The notes beneath the pieces are model-generated. The model was not told where the DNA came from. It did not search any database and worked only from the letters and a program-made list of their open reading frames with translations. Position numbers and translations under genes: made by a program. From positions 1-29,862 of IMG/VR virus record IMGVR_UViG_3300044535_000273: a stretch of DNA of 29,862 nucleotides, one strand, 5' to 3'. Positions 15,918 through 24,617 of this stretch are shown here, piece after piece (positions within the stretch are counted from its first letter, which is position 1; every line of letters starts with the position of its first letter). This stretch comes from a virus (Duplodnaviria; Caudoviricetes).

Positions 15918-18900
15918 TGAATCTTGACGAGCTGGCTAAAAAATATGGCGGAGGCCAAGTTCAAACCGGCGCATCAAGATTTGATGATCTGGCCCAAAAA
16001 TACGGCGGATCATCCTTGGATGCGGATATTCCGCAGTCAACTCCAGTCAAGGATGCAGGGTTTTCCCTTGGTGATATAGCCAAATCGTTTGGCATGGGTG
16101 CCGCTGGAAGCACCAAAGCCCTAACTGATATCGCTGGCGCAGGAAACATTGTTTCGTCCAAGCTCGAGGGTGCTACCGAGAGCCTCCAGAGGTCTCTGAC
16201 CCCAGAACGTCAAGCCGAGATGGAGCGTCAAGCCGCCCGGATGAAGGCTGCTGAAGAGTCCGGCAGCATCCTCCAAGAGATCAAGGCTGGTGCTTTAAAC
16301 GTTGCTGAAGCTCCGTTGCAGTCTGCCGCGCAGGCCCTTGGCTCGTTTGTTCCGTACCTGCCAGCCATGCTTGCATCCCCTGTTGCTGCGGCCATGCGTT
16401 TAACCGCTGGCTCGCAAGCTGCCATCCGGGCGGTGGCCCAGCAAGCACCCAAGGTCATCGGTACAGCCCAAGGCGCTGGCGCTGTCAAAGGCTCCATCTA
16501 TGACGGCGTTCTCCAAGCTGAGATCGAAGCTGGCGTAGACCCAGAGCTTGCCAAGAAGAAAGCTGACGCAGCCCAGTCCTACTTCGGCGGGAACTTTGAT
16601 CAGATTGCCCTTGGTGGCGGTCTTGGCTTTGCCGCTGGTAGTACCGGTGTGGAAAAGTTTCTGACCCCGGCAGGACGCGCAGGAGCCGCTCAAGGCGTTG
16701 GCCGCAGGGTTGGTGAGGCTGTCATCAAAGAATCGCTTCCTGAAGCCGCCCAAGGCGGACAGGAGCGCTTGGCGCAGAACATTGCCCTGCAGCGTGAAGG
16801 CTATGACGTTGACACCTTCAAGGGTGTCGCTGGCGCTGCCACTCAAGAGGCCTTAACCGGCGCTTTGGGTGCTGCCCCAATTGCAGCATTGTCCCGGCCA
16901 GACCCAACGATTGCCCCCAAGGCGGAGCAAGACAAGTTTGAGCAAGAGAGGGAAGAGTTCCGCAAGCAGTTTGGCGAAGCCAAGCCGGTAGACTTCAAAG
17001 AGCCAGAGGCTCCCACAGAATTCCCCGGCGGCTACACGGCAACCCGCAGAGAACTGTCTCGTCAGGATGTGCCTGAGTCCTTTGGCATCTTTGCCGAAGG
17101 CTCGGACAAGCCTCTGACCACCGTTAAAACGCAGGAAGAAGCACAGACCAAGCTTCAGACCCTGACAGAGATTCGCGCTGAAGAGCAAGCCCGTCTGATT
17201 GCGGAGTCCGACAAGATCAGCAAGGACATCCTTGGTGAGCAGCGCAAGCTTGAGGTTCTCGAGGCCACAGGCCAGACAGACACAGATCAATACGTGCAGA
17301 GTAAGGCCGCGCTTCTTCAGCGAGAAGAGGAAGCCGCCCAAAAGATTCAAGAGCTGAACGACCGGATCGTCAGCTACTCCTCGCCCTTGAGCTTTGCCCC
17401 CGTTGGCACTCGTACCGATGTGCAGAGTGACTTCGTTGTGAAGCGTGGTGACCAAGAGATTGGCGCGTTCCCAACCTTGCAAGACGCAGAGGTAAAACTC
17501 CGCGAGCTAGAACCTGAGACGTTTAAACAAGCAGAACAGCAGGCACGCGTAAAGACCGACGACCGCGTAACGCAACTTAAAAATACGTTAACTCCCATGC
17601 TGGCCAAGTTTGGCCTGCAGGATGTAGGTTTAAACGTTGTTGAGAAAATTGAGAACGACGCAGGTGGCAAGTACCTTGACAGCCTGATTGACATCTCCCT
17701 GAGAGAGGCAGACCCAGTTAAGACCCTGCGCCATGAGTCCCTGCATGCGCTGAAGGACTTGCAGTTCTTCACCCCGCAGCAATGGAACGCCCTGACAGAG
17801 CGTGCAAACAAGCAGTGGATCAAGGAGTACCTGCAAGATCAGATGTCTGAGATCGAGGTGGATGGCAAGCCTCAGACAATGAGCCGTCTGGATGCCTACA
17901 AGAGACTGGGCTACTCACAGGAGGCGATTGTTGAAGAGGCCATTGCTGATGCCTTCGGCGCTTACGCCCGTGGCGCTACGCCGCCTCCCGGCATGATCGC
18001 CGCCTTGTTCAAGAAGCTCCAGAACTTCTTTGCCAACTTCGGCCAAGCCCTGCGCGGCGCAGGCTTTGAGTCTGCGGACGATGTGTTCCAGCGCGTTGAG
18101 CGTGGTGAGTTGAAGTCCCGCAAGGTCAAGACTCCCTCCGCAGAGAAGCTGAGTCTGCCTATCGTGCGCGGTGAAGAGGTTGCAAAGTTTGAAGGTCCGC
18201 CCAAAGAAGGAGAAACCGAGCCGACAAAACTCAAGCCTTCTGTTGATTTGATTGGCAAGTATTTTGACGATCAGGTTAAGGAGCGCAGCGGGTCAAAACT
18301 AAACTACACCGACAAGCAAAGCTTCGACAGTGCCGTTAAGACCGCCACCGATGAAGTCAAGTACCAAATGGCACAGGAAAAATCTGGCTTGAATTGGTAC
18401 GAGCAAGACATCAAGGAGGCGTTTAAACTTACCAAGAAGTTTATTTCGGAGCTTGGTAGGACCGAGAATCGTTTGCTTTTCAGTGTCATGGCTGGGATCA
18501 TGTCGCCGCAGACTACCGCCCGTGATAACTGGTTTATTGCCGCAAAGGCGTATGAGCACTACCTCGCAACAAAAGACATCCCCGGCAACAACCCAGAGAC
18601 GGGTGGCTTATGGCAGGGTGGCACTCAGTCGCCCAACAAGAAAATTCAGCTCGAGTTCCTTGATCGCATGGTTAAAGACATGGGTCAAAAGAAGGCTTTG
18701 GAGTGGTTGTTTGGCGACCACTCCGTAAGAGAGATCAATGATTTCCGCCAAAAGTACGGTAATATTAAGTCAGGAATTGAAGGCAAGCTTACCGACACAA
18801 AGCCGGGGCTTTACGCCTTTGGGCCAAAGGTTGGTCCATTCGTTGCCAACCTAAACGGCATTCACGATGTCACCGTTGACAAGTGGATGACCCGAACCTT

Positions 18901-21900
18901 CAATCGTTACTTTGGCACGATGTTGGGGCCTGATCAGAAAATCACTGATGCCCCAACTGAGCCACAGCGTAGAGCAGTCAAAGCCCTTGTCAATGAGGTA
19001 GCAAAAAATGCAGGAATCAAGCCGTACCAAGTCCAGTCCCTCCTTTGGTTCTACGAACAGAAACTCTTCACAAAAATGGGAGTCCTCTCCCCCTCCTACG
19101 GATTCAGTGATGGAGGCAGGAAGTTTGCAGAAGCAAGAGGAAGAAGCGGTGCGCCGAGTGTCAGCCCTGCTGCTGAGGCAGTTGAGGGAAAGCTGAAAGA
19201 CAAAAAATTCGGAGAAGCAAATGAAACCACTAGACCTGACCAACCTGCCGTTCGACCCAGCCCAAAAGGCAAACTCTCCATCAAGCAAAGTGAAGAGCGA
19301 GGAGAGCGAGGAGGACGGGGAGAGCCTCGGAAAATTAAGGCACTTGAGGGCGCTCCATCAGTCCCGGGTTTTTCGGGACCAATCCCAGAAATTGTCGAAA
19401 CAGCAGAGCGATACGCCAAAGAAAATGGAATCCCTTACAAGCGACAAGCAACGTATGTAAAGGTGGACCCCGAGAGAGCGGGGCGCATTGCTCAGGCATA
19501 TGAGGAAATGACTCATGCGCCGCAAGACCCTGAAGTCCGCAAGGCCTACAAAGATTTGATCCGTCAGACAACGGCTCAGTATGAGGCGCTGCTCGACTCT
19601 GGGTACGAGTTCTGGTTTATGGACATGTCCAAACCAGACAATCAAAAATACGCCTCCTCTCCTTGGAATGCATTGCGCGATCTCAAGGACAACAAGCAGA
19701 TGGGCGTTTTCCCAACCAACGATGGGTTTGGGAGCAGCGAAGACTTCAACCCAGAGGCGAACCCACTCTTGGCTGATACGGGCTTTAAGTGGCCCTCCGG
19801 TGGCCCAGATGGTCCGCTGCAACCTGTTCTTGCGAATGACTTGTTCCGCGCTGTGCATGACGCATTTGGTCATGGCATCGAGGGCGCTGGCTTCCGTGCG
19901 GATGGCGAAGAGAATGCATGGCAGGCACACATGCGCCTGTTTACAGGGCCTGCAGTGGGGGCAATCACATCCGAAACCCGGGGTCAGAACAGTTGGCTCA
20001 ACTACGGCCCTTCTGGGGAGGCCAACCGCACAGCAAAAGTTGAAGACACCGTATTTGCCGACCAAAAAACCGGGCTTATGCCTGAGTGGACGTGGAATGA
20101 GGGCGTTACCGATGATGAGGGCCTTGTGCTTGGAGAAAAGCAGCCTGATGCAATAAGCGTCAACGGCTCCCATTACGGCAAAGCCCGTGTGTCAGAGCTT
20201 GATGCATCCAAGTACGGCACTGGTCTTCGTGGAGCAGAACGCCGTAGGCTTGACCGGTCAGACGACGAGCGCATCAAGAAACGTGCTTACTTCTACATTG
20301 CAAAGCCAGACGGCTCAACCCCAACTCCGGAGTCTGGCGTTGGTCAATACGTTTACACGCAGAAGTTTGACAACATCCTTGGCCAAGGGCCAGAGATGAG
20401 TCGTTTGTTCCGCGAGGCAAATGGTGACTCCAACGATTTTGAGAGCCTGATTGTTGACGCTGGGTATGACGGCTACGCCATACCCGATATGGGCATGATG
20501 GTCATCCTAAACCACAACGTGCCAGTCAACTATGTTGGGCCTAAGTCCGAGGTTGGCGTTGCCAAGCTGAGTCTTCGTATTGCGCAGCCAAATAGCATTT
20601 TGGCAAAAAGAATGGACGGGATTGGCATAAAGTCCATCAATGATTTTTGGAAACGCATTCAAGATGTAATGATTGGAAGGGGTGATAGAAACCCCGGACT
20701 TAGCGGAGCGTTTGACAAAAGAAGTACTGCTGATCAAGTAAAGCAAGCCATATCCGTTTGGAGACAAGATGTTGAAGATGAAGGCATAGAAAGCTACTTG
20801 AACAGATTTACGGATTCAGAAGGCAAAATCCCGAAAGTGGATGACATTATTGCTGGGCCTCCGGTCGTAAAGAAAATGCTTACCGAAGCCGGAATTAGGC
20901 CAACGATGGGCAATGCCGTGGCCGCATACAACTCATTGAAAGGAAGTTCTGCTGGAGAAGCGTCTAATGACATCCGCTTTAGCCTGAAGAACGTTGGCTT
21001 CCCATCCGTCAAGGCGGTCAAGGAGGCGGTTAAAGACGCGGGCGTGCCAAAGACGGATGAGTTTAAACAGTTCATCGCAGGCAACCAGTGGAACGACGAA
21101 GACGGCAAGCCGATGATGTTCTATCACGCCACGGCTCGAGAGTTCTTTGAGTTCACCCCCGCAGGTCAGTCCAAGGCCATCTTCCTTGCAACAACACCGG
21201 AAGAGGCTGAAACCTTTGGCAGCGTTGCAGAAGACAACCTGCGCAAGGAGATTTACGAGAAGCTCCTGAGCAAAGATGAAAAGCTGGACCTGTTCAAACG
21301 GGTCGTGGACGCCGAGGTCAAGAAGGGCTCCATGACCGCCAAGCAGGGTGAGCAGTTCATGCGTCAGGTTGATCGCAAGGCCCCCAAGTACGGTGACTTT
21401 GGTGACATCGAGCAAGAGGTTTATGACGCTCTGCTAGACCTATCCCCTACCCGCATGTCGATCATGCCCCTGTTCGCCCGGGCAGAGACTCCGTTTGACT
21501 TTGAGAATCAAGATCAAGTCGAGCGGGTCATGCAGTGGGTTGCCAACAACACAGAGTATCCGCAAGACTTCCCGGACAAGTGGCTCAGCGGACTGAAGGG
21601 GCGAATCTCCCAAGGTCTGTGGCAAGCGATTGAGGACAAGCGCGTGCAGCAAGCTCTGCGTGCTCTTGGCCACGATGGCTTTACCGTCCGCGAGGGCCGC
21701 AACTCTCCGAAGAACTATGCTGTTTACACGCCCGAGCAGGTGAAGTCTGTCACCGGCAACTTGGGTGACTTCAGCCGCGAGTCGAAGAACATCAAGTACA
21801 GCTTGCCAACCATCCCGCAGAATCTGCAGGATCGCATGGGCGAGACCACAACCAGAGCGCAACGCAAGACAGTCATCCAGAGCATTGTTGATGCCATCCG

Positions 21901-24346
21901 GCCAACCAGCGCTGCCGACTTCCGTGCGAAGTACCTCAACCGCTACAACCAGATGTCCATCTACGACAAGAAGCGGGCGGAGCAGATGGGTGGGGCTGCA
22001 TTGCTTGCAGATCAGAGCGCAGAGTCTGCCGCATTGATGTCTGACCTTGGCGCTGGTGTTGCAGCTTCTGCTATGGGCTTTGATGATCGCAACGGCGGCA
22101 TCCCCGTCCTGCGTAACGGCATCACCACCATCGACAAGAGCGTTAAAGGTTTGATCGCATCCCTCGCCCCTTTGGCCGAGCGTGGTGATCCAGCCATCTA
22201 CCAGCGCTACCAGTACTGGGCGATGGTTAAGCGCGGTCAACGTTTAAACAAAGAAGGCAAGCTCACCGGCATCGATAGCGCCGATGTGGCATTTGCAAAA
22301 ATTCTGGAGCAGAAGCACCCTGAGTTTGTCAGCGTTCAGAAAGACCTGATCGCCTTCAACAACGGGCTGGTTCAGTACATGGTGGACACAGGCGTGCTGT
22401 CGAAAGAGCGCGGCCAGATTTACACCAAGTACGCAGACTACGTTCCCTTCTACCGCCAGATGGATGGGAATGAAACTCTCGGGCCGAACCTGTTCCAGTC
22501 GTTATCTGGTGTCAAGCCTCCGAAGAAACTCAAAGGCGCTGTCGCTGATGAGGCCCCGCTTGCGGACTTCCTTGAGACGATGGTGCGCAACACCCAGTCT
22601 TCCATTCAGGCTGGCATGAAGAACTACGCAGCCCAAAGAGCAATCAATGTGGCGGTGCAGGTCAAGGCACCGGGTATGGGGGCTGAGCGTTTAAACACAA
22701 AAGAGAATGGCCCCGACATCATCAATGTGCTGGAGAAGGGCAACCTTGTCTCTTACCGCACGCCGGACACATTGCTTGTAAACGCAATGATGAGCTTGAA
22801 TCAGTCAGAGCTTCCCTTCATTGGCTTCCTGTCTGCGCCAGCCGACTGGCTGCGCACCTTGGTGACCAAGGAGCCGGGGTTCATGATGGCGAACATGATG
22901 CGTGACTCACTGTCTGCGTGGGTGACTTCGGGCCAAAGCATGACGCCTATCGCAGGAACGGTCATCAATTTCGGCAAGGCTCTTGCACGTACGTCCCCCG
23001 GCTTTGAAGCCATGCTCGACGCTGGCATCATCGGTGGCTACGAGTTCAACGAGAACATCGAGAAGTCCGGGTTTAAACTTGAGGACGACTTGGCCAAGAA
23101 AGCAGGCAAGAAAGCTCCGCTGGTCCTGCGCCCGTTTACATCTGTCTGGGATGCATTGGGCAAAGGCACAACAGCCTCCGATGCAGCCACCCGCGCCATC
23201 ATCTATGAGCGTGTGCTGGCCGATACGGGCAACGAGGCAGAAGCCCTGTACCGCTCCTTGGAGGTGATGAACTTCCACCGCAAGGGAAGCTCTCCCTTGA
23301 TCCGGGTGCTGACCGCTGCCGTCCCGTTCTTCAACGCCCGTCTGCAGGGTCTGGATTTGTTCTACCGCGCCTCCACAGGCAACATGAACAACAAGGATGC
23401 TGCATCCATCCAGCGCCAGTTCTTTGCGCGTGGCATGACCATGATGGCCCTGTCGGGCCTGTACTGGATGCTGGTCTCGGATGATGAGGAGTACAAGAAG
23501 CAGGAGCAAGAGACCAAGGACAACAACTGGATCATTCCTGCCATCGGTGCGAAGATTCCAATCCCGTTCGAGGTGGGTGTGTTGTTCAAGGTGATCCCTG
23601 AGAGGATCATGGCTTACTCATTCGGCAACGACACGGGTGAGGATTTGCAAAAGTCCATGATCCGAGCCGCAGTCTCTACGTTTGCGTTCAACCCAATCCC
23701 GCAGACCGTCAAGCCAATACTTGAGGCCGTGGTTGACTACAACATGTTCACAATGCGCCCGATCCTTGGTCAAGGCATGAAGGACATCGAGCCTGAGTTT
23801 CAGGTTGGGCCAAGCACATCCAACTTTGCGACAGTGCTTGCCCAAGGTCTGGGCCTGTCACCCATGAAGGTGGATCACATCATCAAGGGCTACACAGGGA
23901 CAATGGGCATGTATGCGATTGACACCATCGACATGGTGCTGGATCAGTTCGGGGACAGTCCAAAGCCCACCAAGCGCTTTGAGCAGCTTCCGATCATCAA
24001 GAGGTTTGCCTCCGATCCCGAGGCCCGTGGGTATGTGACTCAGTACTACGAACTCAAGGACGCAGTGGACACGACCGTCAGGACAATGAACCTGCTGGAG
24101 AAGACCGCTCAACCCGAAGAGTATGTGGAGTACTTGCTTAAGAACCAAGGCACTCTGGCCTTCAAGGATTACGTCAGTGATACCGAGAAGACAATGAAAG
24201 ACCTGCGGGAGATGAAGGTTGCCATCAGGTCTTCCACAATGGATGGAGATGAGAAGAGAGACGCTCTGCTTGCGATAAGCCAGATGGAGAGCGCCCTCAC
24301 CTCAAACATCCAAGAGATCAAGAAGACTATCGCGTCAGTCCAATGA
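15917..24346 (+). CDS. 2809-aa large polyvalent virion protein (zincin + HhH-glycosylase-like + HDxxGH domain + two ART-like domains + LPD38)
   Basis: HESLH at 17732 and EEAIADAF at 17933. WY / SPQT / GPKV / TVDKWM / QSLLW at 18395-19050. FRAVHDAFGH...GEENAW at 19844-19920. HYG...YFY...GYDGY at 20171-20476. YHAT...GHDG...QVKS-x-x-GN-x-G-x-F at 21122-21775. The C-terminal KDNNW...IP-x-PFEVG...SP-x-KVDH-x-x-x-GY-x-G region is LPD38-like. Confidence 0.8.
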   Translation: MNLDELAKKYGGGQVQTGASRFDDLAQKYGGSSLDADIPQSTPVKDAGFSLGDIAKSFGMGAAGSTKALTDIAGAGNIVSSKLEGATESLQRSLTPERQAEMERQAARMKAAEESGSILQEIKAGALNVAEAPLQSAAQALGSFVPYLPAMLASPVAAAMRLTAGSQAAIRAVAQQAPKVIGTAQGAGAVKGSIYDGVLQAEIEAGVDPELAKKKADAAQSYFGGNFDQIALGGGLGFAAGSTGVEKFLTPAGRAGAAQGVGRRVGEAVIKESLPEAAQGGQERLAQNIALQREGYDVDTFKGVAGAATQEALTGALGAAPIAALSRPDPTIAPKAEQDKFEQEREEFRKQFGEAKPVDFKEPEAPTEFPGGYTATRRELSRQDVPESFGIFAEGSDKPLTTVKTQEEAQTKLQTLTEIRAEEQARLIAESDKISKDILGEQRKLEVLEATGQTDTDQYVQSKAALLQREEEAAQKIQELNDRIVSYSSPLSFAPVGTRTDVQSDFVVKRGDQEIGAFPTLQDAEVKLRELEPETFKQAEQQARVKTDDRVTQLKNTLTPMLAKFGLQDVGLNVVEKIENDAGGKYLDSLIDISLREADPVKTLRHESLHALKDLQFFTPQQWNALTERANKQWIKEYLQDQMSEIEVDGKPQTMSRLDAYKRLGYSQEAIVEEAIADAFGAYARGATPPPGMIAALFKKLQNFFANFGQALRGAGFESADDVFQRVERGELKSRKVKTPSAEKLSLPIVRGEEVAKFEGPPKEGETEPTKLKPSVDLIGKYFDDQVKERSGSKLNYTDKQSFDSAVKTATDEVKYQMAQEKSGLNWYEQDIKEAFKLTKKFISELGRTENRLLFSVMAGIMSPQTTARDNWFIAAKAYEHYLATKDIPGNNPETGGLWQGGTQSPNKKIQLEFLDRMVKDMGQKKALEWLFGDHSVREINDFRQKYGNIKSGIEGKLTDTKPGLYAFGPKVGPFVANLNGIHDVTVDKWMTRTFNRYFGTMLGPDQKITDAPTEPQRRAVKALVNEVAKNAGIKPYQVQSLLWFYEQKLFTKMGVLSPSYGFSDGGRKFAEARGRSGAPSVSPAAEAVEGKLKDKKFGEANETTRPDQPAVRPSPKGKLSIKQSEERGERGGRGEPRKIKALEGAPSVPGFSGPIPEIVETAERYAKENGIPYKRQATYVKVDPERAGRIAQAYEEMTHAPQDPEVRKAYKDLIRQTTAQYEALLDSGYEFWFMDMSKPDNQKYASSPWNALRDLKDNKQMGVFPTNDGFGSSEDFNPEANPLLADTGFKWPSGGPDGPLQPVLANDLFRAVHDAFGHGIEGAGFRADGEENAWQAHMRLFTGPAVGAITSETRGQNSWLNYGPSGEANRTAKVEDTVFADQKTGLMPEWTWNEGVTDDEGLVLGEKQPDAISVNGSHYGKARVSELDASKYGTGLRGAERRRLDRSDDERIKKRAYFYIAKPDGSTPTPESGVGQYVYTQKFDNILGQGPEMSRLFREANGDSNDFESLIVDAGYDGYAIPDMGMMVILNHNVPVNYVGPKSEVGVAKLSLRIAQPNSILAKRMDGIGIKSINDFWKRIQDVMIGRGDRNPGLSGAFDKRSTADQVKQAISVWRQDVEDEGIESYLNRFTDSEGKIPKVDDIIAGPPVVKKMLTEAGIRPTMGNAVAAYNSLKGSSAGEASNDIRFSLKNVGFPSVKAVKEAVKDAGVPKTDEFKQFIAGNQWNDEDGKPMMFYHATAREFFEFTPAGQSKAIFLATTPEEAETFGSVAEDNLRKEIYEKLLSKDEKLDLFKRVVDAEVKKGSMTAKQGEQFMRQVDRKAPKYGDFGDIEQEVYDALLDLSPTRMSIMPLFARAETPFDFENQDQVERVMQWVANNTEYPQDFPDKWLSGLKGRISQGLWQAIEDKRVQQALRALGHDGFTVREGRNSPKNYAVYTPEQVKSVTGNLGDFSRESKNIKYSLPTIPQNLQDRMGETTTRAQRKTVIQSIVDAIRPTSAADFRAKYLNRYNQMSIYDKKRAEQMGGAALLADQSAESAALMSDLGAGVAASAMGFDDRNGGIPVLRNGITTIDKSVKGLIASLAPLAERGDPAIYQRYQYWAMVKRGQRLNKEGKLTGIDSADVAFAKILEQKHPEFVSVQKDLIAFNNGLVQYMVDTGVLSKERGQIYTKYADYVPFYRQMDGNETLGPNLFQSLSGVKPPKKLKGAVADEAPLADFLETMVRNTQSSIQAGMKNYAAQRAINVAVQVKAPGMGAERLNTKENGPDIINVLEKGNLVSYRTPDTLLVNAMMSLNQSELPFIGFLSAPADWLRTLVTKEPGFMMANMMRDSLSAWVTSGQSMTPIAGTVINFGKALARTSPGFEAMLDAGIIGGYEFNENIEKSGFKLEDDLAKKAGKKAPLVLRPFTSVWDALGKGTTASDAATRAIIYERVLADTGNEAEALYRSLEVMNFHRKGSSPLIRVLTAAVPFFNARLQGLDLFYRASTGNMNNKDAASIQRQFFARGMTMMALSGLYWMLVSDDEEYKKQEQETKDNNWIIPAIGAKIPIPFEVGVLFKVIPERIMAYSFGNDTGEDLQKSMIRAAVSTFAFNPIPQTVKPILEAVVDYNMFTMRPILGQGMKDIEPEFQVGPSTSNFATVLAQGLGLSPMKVDHIIKGYTGTMGMYAIDTIDMVLDQFGDSPKPTKRFEQLPIIKRFASDPEARGYVTQYYELKDAVDTTVRTMNLLEKTAQPEEYVEYLLKNQGTLAFKDYVSDTEKTMKDLREMKVAIRSSTMDGDEKRDALLAISQMESALTSNIQEIKKTIASVQ

Positions 24347-24617
24347 TGTTGTTCTCGAAGAGCCAGCCTATCGTTGATCGATGGGCTGCCTCCCACATGT
24401 TTACACGCTCTTGCTTGGACATCTTCGCACCTTGATCTAACTCGGCATGACACCGGTAGCACAAGGCTGCTATCCGGTAGTCATGGGCCTTGAGGCCACG
24501 ACCCTTGCCGTCAATCAATTGGTTTGAATGCGCGGCAACAATTGTGTTATCGCTCACCCCGCAGTGCTGACACGGGCTATCTCTCACTGCTTCTAATAGC
24601 TTTTGGTTTCGATACAA
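24327..24617 (-). CDS. DUF1364/YbcO-like Zn-binding putative nuclease
   Basis: YRN-x-KLL-x-x-x-R-x-x-PC-x-x-C...AAHSN...GKG-x-G-x-KA-x-D...LC-x-x-CH-x-x-x-D. A TTG start at 24617 is preferred because GAGGAG lies 7 nt upstream. Confidence 0.8.
   Translation of the reverse strand: MYRNQKLLEAVRDSPCQHCGVSDNTIVAAHSNQLIDGKGRGLKAHDYRIAALCYRCHAELDQGAKMSKQERVNMWEAAHRSTIGWLFENNIIGLTR

Noticed and set aside
15917-24346. Intein, intron or virion RNA polymerase within the giant ORF
   Set aside because: No C...HN intein ends, LAGLIDADG motif, frame break or DxDGD/T7-type polymerase motif was seen.
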